A program made the translations under genes and the position numbers. Positions 39,319 through 49,678 of a stretch of 64,000 nucleotides of DNA are shown one piece after another. The stretch is from assembly GCA_964364285.1 (NCBI GenBank), contig CAYIKZ010000003.1:2491-66490 (forward strand), read 5' to 3'. The notes under the pieces are model-generated. The model had not been told where the DNA came from. It ran no database searches and saw only the letters and a program-made list of their open reading frames with translations. How positions within the stretch are numbered: the first letter of the stretch is position 1; each line of letters opens with the position of its first letter. This DNA is from an uncultured Candidatus Saccharibacteria bacterium (GTDB lineage: Bacteria; Patescibacteriota; Doudnabacteria; UBA920; VMFF01).

Positions 39319-39603
39319 ATGGCACATAAGAAAGCCGGAGGTAGTACCTCGTTAGGCCGCGATAGCGTTTCCAAACGTCTTGGAGTAAAAATATTCGGTG
39401 CACAGAAAGTCTCTGTCGGCAATGTAATTGTCCGACAACACGGTAGCAAATTCAGAGCAGGAAAAAATGTGCGAATGGGTGGCGATTGCACTTTGTATGC
39501 AACAGCCAACGGATTCGTAAAGTTCTCCAACAAGAAGGTTAAAAGGTTCAATGGAGCGCTAGCGAAGACACGTATCGTAAACGTTGTTCTAAACAAAGCT
39601 TAA
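39319..39603 (+). CDS. rpmA: 50S ribosomal protein L27
   Basis: [23 protein letters not shown]. Confidence 0.97.
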   Translation: MAHKKAGGSTSLGRDSVSKRLGVKIFGAQKVSVGNVIVRQHGSKFRAGKNVRMGGDCTLYATANGFVKFSNKKVKRFNGALAKTRIVNVVLNKA

Positions 39604-39622
39604 CAATTACTTCTGAAGATAT

Positions 39623-39652
39623 ATTAAAACCCCTCAATCGAGGGGTTTTAAT
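39623..39652. terminator. Bidirectional terminator rpmA/pyrG
   Basis: ATTAAAACCCCTC-aatc-GAGGGGTTTTAAT. Confidence 0.85.
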
Positions 39653-39656
39653 TATG

Positions 39657-41330
39657 CTACTTTTTCAGCTTAGCTACTGCTTTCATGAATCCTTCAAACA
39701 AAGGATGCGGTCTTAGTGGTCTTGATTTGAATTCTGGATGGAACTGGCTTCCCATAAAAAACGGGTGTCCTGGGAGTTCAATTATTTCTGCTAATTTCCC
39801 ATCAGGAGATGTTCCTGAGAAAACCAAACCTGCTTTTTCTAACACACCTCTGTACTTGTTGTTAACCTCGTATCTATGTCTGTGTCTTTCAGAAATTCTT
39901 CTTTGCTTGTACAAGGATTCTGCTTGGCTTCCTTTTCTTAAAACACAATCCCAAGCGCCAAGTCTCATAGAAGCACCATAGTCTCTAACAAGAAGTTTCT
40001 TTTCTTGATCAGGCATAATATGAATTACAGGATGTTTTGTCTCATCATCAACCTCTGTTGTATTTGCATTCTTTAGCCTAGCAACGTTCCTTGCGTATTC
40101 AATTGTTGCCATCTGCATTCCATAACACAAACCTAAGTACGGAATTTTGTTTTTTCTAGCATACTCAATAGCTTGAATCATTCCTTCAGTTCCTCTTTTT
40201 CCAAATCCTCCTGGAACAACTATTCCATCAAAACCAGCAAGAATCTTTTTAGCACCTTCGTTTTCTACTTTTAATGCGTCAATCCATATTAATTTTGGAT
40301 TAACTTTGTTTGACCATGCAGCGTGTTTCAAGGATTCAATTACTGAAACATATGAATCAGCGAGCTCAAACTTTCCTGTTCCAAAGTATTTTCCTACAAT
40401 AGCAATGTTTAAATCTCTCTTTACACTCTTAATCTTCTTAACAAAGTTGCGCCATTCTTTCATGTCTCTTTTTCTTGGTCTCATTTTCAACTTCTCAAGG
40501 ATTATATCGCCTGCGTTTTGTTCTTCTAAAATTACAGGGACTTCATAGATTGATTTAACATCAGGGTTTGAAAGCACTGCTTTTTTGTCTACATTACAAA
40601 ACAAAGCGATTCTTTCTTTTCTCTTGTCATCAATAACGGTTTCAGCACGACCAACAATAATGTCAGGTTCAATACCCATTGAATTAAGCATTCTAACTGA
40701 TTGCTGAACTGGTTTAGACTTCATTTCCCCAAGGTATGAAGGAACTGGTAAGTAAGCAACATGGATATGCAAGATATCATCAGGGTGTTTCAATTTCATG
40801 ATACGGGTAGCTTCAAAGAAAATGGCGTTTTGGTATTCACCGACTGTTCCACCTAACTCAATTAAAACAATATCAGCGTTTTTAGAAGCCATCATGAACC
40901 TTCTGATGATTTCATCAGTAACATGCGGGATTGCTTCTACATCTTCGCCTTCATATTCAAAAGCGCGTTCTTTTCTTAAAACCTCACCGTAAATCTGACC
41001 CGTGGTAATGTAGTTTATCTTGTTCAGTGGTTTATCAATGAAACGTTCATAATGACCAAGATCTTGGTCTGTTTCCATACCATCGTCAGTGACAAAGACT
41101 TCACCGTGCTCTTGTGGTCTGATTGTTCCCGCATCTTGGTTTAAATACATATCAACTTTAACCGGAGAAATATTTAAACCTCTTGATTGCAAGATTGCAC
41201 CAATTGATGCAGAGGTAATCCCTTTTCCAATCCCTGAAATGACACCTCCTGAGATGAAGATAAATTTAGGATGTTTCTTTAGCTTCTTGACCTTTGCTCT
41301 AGTTGTTTTGCTTTTTGCTGTCATTTTCAT
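39657..41330 (-). CDS. pyrG: CTP synthase
   Basis: GGVISGIGKG, EHGEVFVTDDG, GLCYGMQ, ERHRHRYE, QFHPE. Confidence 0.97.
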   Translation of the reverse strand: MKMTAKSKTTRAKVKKLKKHPKFIFISGGVISGIGKGITSASIGAILQSRGLNISPVKVDMYLNQDAGTIRPQEHGEVFVTDDGMETDQDLGHYERFIDKPLNKINYITTGQIYGEVLRKERAFEYEGEDVEAIPHVTDEIIRRFMMASKNADIVLIELGGTVGEYQNAIFFEATRIMKLKHPDDILHIHVAYLPVPSYLGEMKSKPVQQSVRMLNSMGIEPDIIVGRAETVIDDKRKERIALFCNVDKKAVLSNPDVKSIYEVPVILEEQNAGDIILEKLKMRPRKRDMKEWRNFVKKIKSVKRDLNIAIVGKYFGTGKFELADSYVSVIESLKHAAWSNKVNPKLIWIDALKVENEGAKKILAGFDGIVVPGGFGKRGTEGMIQAIEYARKNKIPYLGLCYGMQMATIEYARNVARLKNANTTEVDDETKHPVIHIMPDQEKKLLVRDYGASMRLGAWDCVLRKGSQAESLYKQRRISERHRHRYEVNNKYRGVLEKAGLVFSGTSPDGKLAEIIELPGHPFFMGSQFHPEFKSRPLRPHPLFEGFMKAVAKLKK

Positions 41331-41766
41331 TGATTAGCTTAATTTTAGATTTTGCTGTAATGCCATTGGTTAACTTAATTTCAAACTCATACTCTCCTAG
41401 CTCTTTAATCTTTGGTAAAGTGATCTGGTTTTTCTCAAGTTCAACTTTCATCTTCTCCTTTATTCTTCCCAACACATCTTTCTCATGAACTGAACCGAAT
41501 ATGTGTCCTTTGTCTCCAACTTTAACTGCTAGTGTGAAAGTTCTGTTTGCAAAATCATCTTTCAGTTTTTGTGCTTGCTCTGTTTCTTTTCTCTTCTTAG
41601 CATCTGCTTGAGCTTTTTCATTCTGTATCTTGCTTATGATCTGAATTGTCGCAGGGACTGCATACCCTTTAGAGATTAAGAAGTTGCGGGCATAACCGTC
41701 ATTAAACTCTTTGACTTCTCCTTTTTTTCCTGTTCCTGACAGTTCTTTGATGAATACAACTTGCAT
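41299..41766 (-). CDS. rplI: 50S ribosomal protein L9
   Basis: GKKGEVKE..GYARNFL, FGSV. Confidence 0.95.
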   Translation of the reverse strand: MQVVFIKELSGTGKKGEVKEFNDGYARNFLISKGYAVPATIQIISKIQNEKAQADAKKRKETEQAQKLKDDFANRTFTLAVKVGDKGHIFGSVHEKDVLGRIKEKMKVELEKNQITLPKIKELGEYEFEIKLTNGITAKSKIKLINENDSKKQNN

Positions 41767-41786
41767 GCGGGGAATGTATAAAAAAT

Positions 41787-41812
41787 AAAAGCCTCTCCGT
41801 GGGAGAGGTTTT
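41787..41812 (-). terminator. Intrinsic terminator after ftsX
   Basis: AAAAGCCTCTCC-gtg-GGAGAGGTTTT. Confidence 0.75.
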
Positions 41813-41856
41813 GGCTCTTTTCTAGTATAGGGTATCTTTCAAAAAAGCTCAAGCCC

Positions 41857-42768
41857 TTAAATTCTCAAGTACCTTCGTATAGCTATGGTGCTTGATATGA
41901 TGCCCAAAATCAGAGCTGTAACAAGCTGAATTGCGAATATGACCCAAAGGTTAAAGCCCCAGGTATCATTTGTTAGGTTCGTACCAAGATATGTGTCTAG
42001 GCGTGGCAAAAGATAGTTAAATATTGGTATTGTTAAGAGAATGGTGATTATACTTGCAGCCAAAGCATACATGATGCTTTCAATTATGAAAGGCCAACGA
42101 ATATACCAATTAGTAGCACCAACCAGTTTCATAATCTCAACTTCTTCCCTTCTGTTAAAGATTGTTAAACGAATGGTATTGAATATAACTAGGATGGCGA
42201 TAAAGCAGAAAACAGCTGCCATACTTATACCAAAACGTTTAACTGCAGAAAGAATTCTTGAGAGACGTTCAATTACGCTTCTATTGTCCTGAAAATTAAC
42301 TTTGTCTATGAAAGCAGAATACTCAACTTTGGAAAGCTCTTCGGCAATCTTTGGATAGTCATTTAAGTTCTTTGCTTTAACTTGCAGTGTTGGTGGCAAA
42401 GGATTGTCTGTTAACTGTCCCAATGAATCTTGGATCAATTGATTGTCTGAGTGTTTTTCTTTGAACGAAGCAAGGGCGTCAGCTGCAGAAACATATTTAA
42501 CAGCAGCAATTTCAGGAAGCTTTTGTAGCTCTCCCTGTATATCTAATATCTGTTGTTCTGAAACCTGTGTTTTAAAGTAAACGCTGATATCAACTCTTTC
42601 TTGAATGTTTTGAATGGCGACTCTTGTAATATTAAAAGAAACAAGGGTTAAAGTTAGTATCGCAAGAGTCACAATCATTATTAAAGTCGCTGTTGCAGAA
42701 AGCCAGAAGTTTCTGTAAAAGTTAGTCATTCCTGTTCTAATAACTCGGAAGAGTGTGATTGATTCCAT
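41857..42768 (-). CDS. ftsX: Cell division permease FtsX
   Basis: NPLP, IFNTIRLTIFNRREEVEIMKLVGATNWYIRWPF. Confidence 0.93.
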   Translation of the reverse strand: MESITLFRVIRTGMTNFYRNFWLSATATLIMIVTLAILTLTLVSFNITRVAIQNIQERVDISVYFKTQVSEQQILDIQGELQKLPEIAAVKYVSAADALASFKEKHSDNQLIQDSLGQLTDNPLPPTLQVKAKNLNDYPKIAEELSKVEYSAFIDKVNFQDNRSVIERLSRILSAVKRFGISMAAVFCFIAILVIFNTIRLTIFNRREEVEIMKLVGATNWYIRWPFIIESIMYALAASIITILLTIPIFNYLLPRLDTYLGTNLTNDTWGFNLWVIFAIQLVTALILGIISSTIAIRRYLRI

Positions 42769-42773
42769 ATATT

Positions 42774-43451
42774 TTAAAGTTTGTAATGTCCCTTTGCTTG
42801 TTCCATGGAGATTCTTCCTTTATCCATGGTAATGACACGCTTTTGAATTTTGTTAACAAGATCTCTGGCGTGGGTTGCTAGTAAAACAGTTGTTCCGAGT
42901 TGATTTATCTTTTGTAAGAGGTCTAATATTTCGAAGCTATTTACTTCATCTAAGTTTCCAGTTGGCTCATCAGCAATCAAAAGAACTGGTTTATGTGCTA
43001 AAGCGCGAGCAATTGCAACCCTTTGTTTTTCTCCACCAGACATTTCATCAGGAAAATTATGTGTTTTCTCTTTAAGACCCACAATATCTAAGATCCTTGC
43101 TACATCATGTGCAATTTTTTCTCTAGGGTATCCAGCAACTTCCATAGCAAAAGCAACGTTTTCAAATGCAGTTTTTTTAGGTAGTAATTTCATATCCTGA
43201 AAAACAATACCAATCTTTCTTCTGAGATACGGTATATCCTCTTCTTCTAGAGAAGCAATATCAATATCATCAATGTAAAGTTTTCCTTCATCAACTTTTT
43301 CTTCGCCAAAAATAAGCTTCAGGAGGGTTGATTTACCTGCTCCTGATACTCCGACTATTGAGACAAACTCTCCGTTCTTTATCTCTAAGTCAATGTTTTC
43401 TACTGCTTTTTTGTCTTTGTAAGTTTTTGTTACCTTTTCGAAACGAATCAT
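42774..43451 (-). CDS. ftsE: Cell division ATPase FtsE
   Basis: GVSGAGKST, IPYLRRKIGIVFQD, ADEPTGNLD; adjacent to ftsX; start reassigned to MIRF. Confidence 0.93.
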   Translation of the reverse strand: MIRFEKVTKTYKDKKAVENIDLEIKNGEFVSIVGVSGAGKSTLLKLIFGEEKVDEGKLYIDDIDIASLEEEDIPYLRRKIGIVFQDMKLLPKKTAFENVAFAMEVAGYPREKIAHDVARILDIVGLKEKTHNFPDEMSGGEKQRVAIARALAHKPVLLIADEPTGNLDEVNSFEILDLLQKINQLGTTVLLATHARDLVNKIQKRVITMDKGRISMEQAKGHYKL

Positions 43452-43476
43452 ATTTAAATTATACCACAATATTTAA

Positions 43477-44575
43477 TTAGACAGTAGTTTCTAAATATTT
43501 TTCAATGAAATCATCTAAATCCCCGTTTAAAACAGCGCTTGGATCTGTTGATTCATACCCAGTCCTGTGATCTTTAACTAGTTTGTAAGGATGCAAGACA
43601 TAGCTTCTGATTTGATTACCCCATTCAGCGCTTTTAAACTCACCACGCATTTCTTTCTTTTGTTTCATTCTACGTTCTTCCTCTAAAATATTTAATCTGG
43701 ATTGTAATATCTCCATGGCTTTTCCTCTGTTTTGAGATTGAGAACGTTCATTTTGAATTGATACTTTAACTCCTGTAGGGATGTGAGTAATTCTAACAGC
43801 AGAGTATGTTGTATTAACACTTTGACCACCATGTCCTGATGCAGTGGTTGTTTCAATCTTCAAATCTTTTGGATCTATAGTTATACCCTCTTGGTGCTCT
43901 AACAAAGGTAAGACTTCCACTAAAGCAAAGGATGTTTCTCTGGTGTGTGCTGGATTAAACTCTGAAAGTCTAACAACTCGATGAACTCCAGCTTCGCATC
44001 TTAAGAAACCATAAGCGTTGTGTCCTGATATTTCCAAAAGCACGCTTTTAATCCCTGCTTCTGATCCTTTTGATAGCTCAAGTGTTTCAACTTTAAAACC
44101 ATGCTTTTCACAAAAACGCATGAACATTCTTAACAACATTTCAGCCCAGTCTTGCGCATCAGACCCACCAGCCCCAGCATGAATGGCTAGTATAGCTCCA
44201 TGATCATCATATTTCTTTGAAAAGAAAGCCTGAATCCTTGCTTTTAAAAACTTTTCTCTTGCTTGCTCTAGTTGTTTTTCTATATCCCCTTTATCAGTAG
44301 ATTCAACTGTTCCGCTTTTGAAAAGTTCAGATGAAATTACAAAAAGATCTTCAACGTCTTTTTGAAGCTTGTTCCAGAAATCAAACTCTGTTTTCAATGC
44401 ATTGTATTGTTCTGATTTGGTTTTTGCTGTTTGTTGATCAGCCCAAAAACCACCAGCTTGCATTTCTTCTTCTAACTTTTGGATTTTTTGTTTCTTTGTA
44501 TCAAGGTCAAAGACGCTCCTTCAGGCTCTGTATTTCAGAAAGTAAACCTTGAATATTTTTTAATAGTTCGTGCAT
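43477..44575 (-). CDS. prfB: Peptide chain release factor 2 with programmed +1 frameshift
   Basis: GGQ motif; 22-codon first frame ending CTT TGA C at 44512-44506 with internal AAGGAG SD; +1 frame continues DLDTKKQKI. Confidence 0.96.
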
Positions 44576-44986
44576 TTATAAATTGTTTAATACTTCTTTA
44601 ACGTAATGATCTAATCCAGCAAGAGCTTTTATCTCTTCCAAGGAAAGCCATTTAAACGAATCATGCTCTGTGTCCAGTACTGGTTCACCTTCAATACTAG
44701 CAATATATGTAAGCCTGACAACATGCTTATCATTCTTCAAAATATCTTGTGCTGCAATTAATTTTGGTGTATCTATTAAAACTAGCTTTGTTTCTTCAAG
44801 GATCTCTCGCTTTAAGTTATCAAGCAAAGAAGTCCCAGGATCAATTCTTCCACCAACAATATCCCACGGATTATTAACTTCAGGATATGCTTCCATATTT
44901 CTGTGCAGCATTAAATACTTCCCTTCTTTATTCTGAAGCAGTGCTTTGACTCCGACTTGTAACGGTTTTGTGTTTGTTTCTTCCAT
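44576..44986 (-). CDS. NUDIX hydrolase
   Basis: WDIVGGRIDPG..LKREILEET. Confidence 0.85.
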   Translation of the reverse strand: MEETNTKPLQVGVKALLQNKEGKYLMLHRNMEAYPEVNNPWDIVGGRIDPGTSLLDNLKREILEETKLVLIDTPKLIAAQDILKNDKHVVRLTYIASIEGEPVLDTEHDSFKWLSLEEIKALAGLDHYVKEVLNNL

Positions 44987-45579
44987 TATTTCCCTGCGTC
45001 AGGAATCCTGTTCCATTTATTTGTTTCCATGTGCCAAGAATCTACATCAACTTCATTTAAAGAATCCCAAAGTTTTTTAGCAGACTCAGTGTAAAGCTTT
45101 TCGTTTCTAACCAAAGCTCTATTCTCCATCCATTTGGAAGGAAGCTTAGAACCCTTTTGTTCTAGTTCCCGCATTTCTAAATCAACATCCAAGTTATCAG
45201 CGTCTTTAACTATCTTTGCTTCAATGCATTGTCTTTCTTCATATTCTTTTAGTGTGTCTGTGTTTAAATCTTCAAAGCTTGTTCCAGCAAACAAATCATT
45301 GGCAGCTGAATGTTCATCTGCTTGAACATATACTTTCTGAACATAGCTGTGATCTGAAACTCTTGTTTCTGCCATGTCATGCACTAAAGCCATCTTGATA
45401 ATCTTCTCTTCATTCTTAACACCTTCCATGCGTGCTATTAACATAGCAAGCCAAACAACGCGAACTGTGTGCTCCAAATCATTAGCAACGTCCATTCCGA
45501 AGTGTTGTCTCCAACCTCTTTGGATGTTTCTTAATGAACCAAGCTCGTACAAAAATTCTATGTCTCTTTTTTTCGGCAT
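44986..45579 (-). CDS. HD-domain hydrolase (YfbR/HDDC2-like 5'-deoxynucleotidase)
   Basis: RGW, EH..RV, ALVHDMAE, EAKIVKDADNLD. Confidence 0.85.
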   Translation of the reverse strand: MPKKRDIEFLYELGSLRNIQRGWRQHFGMDVANDLEHTVRVVWLAMLIARMEGVKNEEKIIKMALVHDMAETRVSDHSYVQKVYVQADEHSAANDLFAGTSFEDLNTDTLKEYEERQCIEAKIVKDADNLDVDLEMRELEQKGSKLPSKWMENRALVRNEKLYTESAKKLWDSLNEVDVDSWHMETNKWNRIPDAGK

Positions 45580-45580
45580 G

Positions 45581-46297
45581 TTATTTCTTGTTTAAAACTA
45601 ATCTTCTAACTAAGTTCCAAATCTTGTTATGTATCTGCTCTTCAGGAAGAATCTTACCATCTTCAACACATTCAACATATTTTGTGTTTGGAAACAGTTC
45701 CGCTATTTGTAAAAAAACCATTTCTGCTTTTTGAAGATGCTCTAGATCATTTTCTAGATGATCTCTTTTTTTACCTTTAACATATTCTCTCTGTTTCTCG
45801 CTTTTCTTATCAACCATTTTCTGAGCAATCCTTGCTGGAACATGCAAGATTAAGTTTAAGTCAGGCTTTGGTAATTGAAACAAAGTGTATTCTAAGTTAT
45901 CCAACCATTTAAAAAACCTTATTCTTTCAGCGTTGCTTTCTATCCTACTTCCTTGATGCCCGGCATTAGCTGTAACATATCTGTTGGATATGACTATTTT
46001 ACCATCATCAAGTTGTTCTCTGATCCAAAAACTAGCATCATATCGATCTACAGCAAAAAGTAATGAAGTAATGTATGGGTTTGATTTACCATATTTTTCA
46101 TTCAAATACTCTTCTAAAGGTCCGGCTGATTTTTTACCATACTGAGGAAAATCTGCAATAGCAACATCAAAGCCTTCTTTTTTAAGTGTTTCAGCAAGAA
46201 GCTTTGTCTGGGTTGCTTTACCAGAGCCATCAATTCCATCAATGACTATGAACTTACCCTTTTCTTTTTTAACTTTAGATTTAAGCCCGAATTTCAT
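45581..46297 (-). CDS. tmk: Thymidylate kinase
   Basis: FIVIDGIDGSGKATQ, FAVDR, NRY, LPKPD. Confidence 0.92.
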   Translation of the reverse strand: MKFGLKSKVKKEKGKFIVIDGIDGSGKATQTKLLAETLKKEGFDVAIADFPQYGKKSAGPLEEYLNEKYGKSNPYITSLLFAVDRYDASFWIREQLDDGKIVISNRYVTANAGHQGSRIESNAERIRFFKWLDNLEYTLFQLPKPDLNLILHVPARIAQKMVDKKSEKQREYVKGKKRDHLENDLEHLQKAEMVFLQIAELFPNTKYVECVEDGKILPEEQIHNKIWNLVRRLVLNKK

Positions 46298-46835
46298 GTT
46301 GTTCTAATATCTTATCAATCTGCCTAAACAACTGTTCCTTAGAACCATTGTTCAGCAGTTTATATTCGCATTTTTTGCCTAATTCTGCAATATGCACCTC
46401 TGTTTCCTTAGTCATTTCAATTTCAACAAATTCGTCAAAGCTCATCGTGCTATCACCTGAATACTGATTATCCTCTAACTGCCATTTGTATCTTTTCTCA
46501 ATTGGAGCATCAATGTATATGAGGATACTACCTGGATATTTTCTGATGTTCTCAAACTCATTTTTAAAACGAATTCCTGTGATCACCTCTAGCTCTGAGT
46601 TATCTTCCTTAATCTTTTTGTTAATAGCATTAATCAAAATATCCTCGCCAAAAACCTTTCTTAATCCTACCATCTTGATTACATTGTCTCGGGTATTTTC
46701 AACACCCAACAAATTTAGAAACTGAACAAAAATTTCAGAATGAGCATGACGCTTTGCCCCATATTTCTTTTCAATATATTCAGCAGTAGTATCTTTGCCT
46801 GATCTTTTAGGACCAACTAGGCCTATAATTTTCAT
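46281..46835 (-). CDS. P-loop nucleotide kinase (dNMP kinase / dephospho-CoA kinase-like)
   Basis: IIGLVGPKRSGKDT, GIRFKNE, YIDAP..R, NNGS. Confidence 0.8.
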   Translation of the reverse strand: MKIIGLVGPKRSGKDTTAEYIEKKYGAKRHAHSEIFVQFLNLLGVENTRDNVIKMVGLRKVFGEDILINAINKKIKEDNSELEVITGIRFKNEFENIRKYPGSILIYIDAPIEKRYKWQLEDNQYSGDSTMSFDEFVEIEMTKETEVHIAELGKKCEYKLLNNGSKEQLFRQIDKILEQHEIRA

Positions 46836-47383
46836 ATTTTTTCTAAAACCTCAGTTAATTGTTTTTTAAAGGTCTCTATATTGCCTGTATTTTCAATTTT
46901 AAAATCAGAAAGGTTCATTAACAGTTCCAATTTATTTTCTGCTGGGTGGTTTTCCGCTTGTTTAAATGATTCTAAGGAAATAGACTCTTCGCCCTTTTTT
47001 TCTGTTCTTTGCAAAACCCTTTGGTATCTCAATTCTTCTGGAGCTGAAATGTATATTAATTTAAAGTTAGGAAGTTTTTTAAAAGCTTCTAGCTCTTCAA
47101 CAGCTCGTATACCACCAAAAACTAATATGCCAGCGCTTGATTTTTCAGAAGCTTTAATCAACGCATTAGCTAAAACATCTCTCCCGTATTCTTTCCTTAA
47201 AAACTCTGCCAGATTTTGATAGTTGTTTCTAATTAATGGAAGATTAAGTAAGTGAAGAAGCTTCCCTAAAAGCACAGAAAATTCAAAAAACTCTGCTTTA
47301 AAGCTTTCCACCAAGAACTGAGCTGATGTTGATTTACCAGCCAGGATTTGACCTGATATTCCAATGTATTTCTTGTCAGCCAT
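46832..47383 (-). CDS. P-loop nucleotide kinase, paralogue of adjacent gene
   Basis: IGISGQILAGKST, GIR..E, YISAP..R, IENTG. Confidence 0.8.
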   Translation of the reverse strand: MADKKYIGISGQILAGKSTSAQFLVESFKAEFFEFSVLLGKLLHLLNLPLIRNNYQNLAEFLRKEYGRDVLANALIKASEKSSAGILVFGGIRAVEELEAFKKLPNFKLIYISAPEELRYQRVLQRTEKKGEESISLESFKQAENHPAENKLELLMNLSDFKIENTGNIETFKKQLTEVLEKI

Positions 47384-47462
47384 ATTACCAAAAGTATATC
47401 AAAATATCGATATTAAGGCATATGATATAATTAAGGAAATTAGGGGTTTTGAAAGGACCAAA

Positions 47463-48143
47463 ATGGATAAAAACACATACGAGATTGAGCTAAAGAGCTT
47501 ACTAGGAAGCGCCTCCAATGCAGAAAAACTAGTTTCAAAGATGCAAGGCCTGGACCCTAAAATGGTTGCAAAAGGCTCTCACAAGCAACTTAATCATTAC
47601 TTTAAAGACGGCAATCTACAAAGTTTGTATGAAAAACTTGGTGACAAGGTCCAACCCGAAAAAAAAGACCTGTTCAAGGAAGTCGTAGAAAAAGCAAAGA
47701 CATTCTCAGTTAGAACTCGCTGGGCTGATGCCAAAATAATTTTAGTAATAAAAGCGTCGGTTGATGAAACAACAAGTTCAAATGGAACAGCTCGTCTAGA
47801 GTTTGAATCCTTGATGAATATGTCTTTAGAAGAACTGGATAGCGAAGTTTTAGCTTCTGGTTTTAACTATCAAGCAAAATGGTCTAGAGAAAGAACTGAC
47901 TATACTTACAAAGACACATCAGTAAGCATCGACAAAAATGCTGGATATGGATATTTAGCTGAATTTGAAAAAATAGAAACAGAATTGGAAAATGTAGAGC
48001 CAACAAAAACACTTCTCAGAGATATGCTCAAAGAACTAAACATCCAAGAATTACCACAAGATCGTTTAGAAAGAATGTTTGCTTTCTACAATGACAACTG
48101 GCAGGACTATTACGGAACAGAGAAAACTTTCAATATTGAATAA
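47463..48143 (+). CDS. CYTH (triphosphate tunnel) domain protein
   Basis: EIELK (ExExK), RLEFE, AEFE; start reassigned to MDKN. Confidence 0.7.
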   Translation: MDKNTYEIELKSLLGSASNAEKLVSKMQGLDPKMVAKGSHKQLNHYFKDGNLQSLYEKLGDKVQPEKKDLFKEVVEKAKTFSVRTRWADAKIILVIKASVDETTSSNGTARLEFESLMNMSLEELDSEVLASGFNYQAKWSRERTDYTYKDTSVSIDKNAGYGYLAEFEKIETELENVEPTKTLLRDMLKELNIQELPQDRLERMFAFYNDNWQDYYGTEKTFNIE

Positions 48144-48184
48144 CAATTATCGCTGCGGCTAAACCAAAGCGGAAAGGCAATGTT

Positions 48185-49165
48185 ATGGATATCCAACATC
48201 CAGAACAACAATACTTAGGACTCTTAAGAGACATTCTAGCGAATGGCTCAGAAAAGAAAGACCACAATACAGGCATGGGTCTAAAAAGCGTTTTTGGAAG
48301 ACAAATTCGCTTTGATCTCTCAAAAGGGTTTCCTCTTCTAACAACAAAACGCGTTTACTGGAAAGGCGTTTTACACGAACTGCTTTGGTTTCTTTCCGGA
48401 AGCTCAAATATTAAATACTTGGTTGATAACGAAGTTCATATTTGGGATGATTACCCATACAAGTCTTACAAAAAAATTGCTGACAAAGGAGGAATCCCCT
48501 CTTTAACTCAACAAGAATTCATTCAAAAGATAAAAGAAGATTCTTCGTTTGCAGAAAAATGGGGAGATCTTCCAAGGATTTATGGTGAACTATGGAGAAG
48601 ATGGCCTGCTAAAAATGGTAGAACAGTAGATCAGATCTCTTGGATCATCGGAGAATTAAAAGCATATCCTCAAAGAAAGCATCATGTTTTCTCAGTCTGG
48701 AACCCTGAATACCTCTACTCTATGGCACTTCCAGGAGAAGCATTAAGCTTCCCTCTTTGTCATATTCTCGTTCACTTTAATGTTAATGACAACAAACTTT
48801 CATGTCAGCTTTACCAAAGAAGCGCTGACATGTTCTTGGGCGTTCCTTTTAACATTGGAAGTTACGCCTTGCTAACTCAAATAATTGCGCATGTTTGCGG
48901 TTATGAGGTTGGTGAATTTGTTCACACATTTGGTGATGCGCATATCTATGCAAACCACTTTGAACAAGTGAATGAACAACTAACCAGAGAACCAAAACAA
49001 TTCCCTACTCTAAGCATTGATCCAAGTATAAGAGATATTGATAGCATAAAACCAGAACACTTTAAGCTTGAAGGTTATGATCCTCATCCAACCCTAAAAG
49101 CTGACTTAACTGTTGCTGGTGGATTTAATGAGGATGATAGAATTGATTTTACTAAGAAAAACTAA
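48185..49165 (+). CDS. thyA: Thymidylate synthase
   Basis: GFPLLTTK, ELLWF, PLCH, YQRSADMFLGVPFN, GDAHIY. Confidence 0.96.
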   Translation: MDIQHPEQQYLGLLRDILANGSEKKDHNTGMGLKSVFGRQIRFDLSKGFPLLTTKRVYWKGVLHELLWFLSGSSNIKYLVDNEVHIWDDYPYKSYKKIADKGGIPSLTQQEFIQKIKEDSSFAEKWGDLPRIYGELWRRWPAKNGRTVDQISWIIGELKAYPQRKHHVFSVWNPEYLYSMALPGEALSFPLCHILVHFNVNDNKLSCQLYQRSADMFLGVPFNIGSYALLTQIIAHVCGYEVGEFVHTFGDAHIYANHFEQVNEQLTREPKQFPTLSIDPSIRDIDSIKPEHFKLEGYDPHPTLKADLTVAGGFNEDDRIDFTKKN

Positions 49166-49648
49166 ATGATTAGCTTAATTGCAGCAATTTCCGAAAACAG
49201 AGTCATAGGAAAAGACAATGACCTCATATGGAAAATCTCTAAAGACCAGAAACGCTTTAGAGATATAACAAAAGGGCATCCTGTGATCATGGGAAGAAAT
49301 ACGTATAAATCAATTGGTAAAGCTTTGCCAAATAGATTTAACATTGTAATAACCAGAAACATGGATTACACACTTCCAGACGCAGCAGTTGCGCACACTC
49401 TAGAGGAAGCAATACGTCTGGCAAAGGATTCAGGCGTTGGCTCTGAAGAAGTTTTTGTGATTGGAGGCGCTCAAGTATACGCAGAAGCATTGCCTTTTGC
49501 CGACAAGATATACATAACCATTGTGCATAAAACAGCTGAAGGTGATACTTACTTCCCTGCTTATGAAAACATCTTCAAAAAAGTTGTGTTTGAAGAAACT
49601 GATGAAGAAAATGGAATTAAGTTTACGTTTAAAGATTTGGTGAAATAA
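49166..49648 (+). CDS. folA: Dihydrofolate reductase
   Basis: IAAISENRVIG, VIMGRNT, LPNR, IGGAQVY, GDTYFP. Confidence 0.96.
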   Translation: MISLIAAISENRVIGKDNDLIWKISKDQKRFRDITKGHPVIMGRNTYKSIGKALPNRFNIVITRNMDYTLPDAAVAHTLEEAIRLAKDSGVGSEEVFVIGGAQVYAEALPFADKIYITIVHKTAEGDTYFPAYENIFKKVVFEETDEENGIKFTFKDLVK

Positions 49649-49650
49649 CA

Positions 49651-49675
49651 AAAACCCCGGGAGTTCCGGGGTTTT
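49651..49675. terminator. Bidirectional terminator folA/dcd
   Basis: AAAACCCCGG-gagtt-CCGGGGTTTT. Confidence 0.85.
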
Positions 49676-49678
49676 AAA

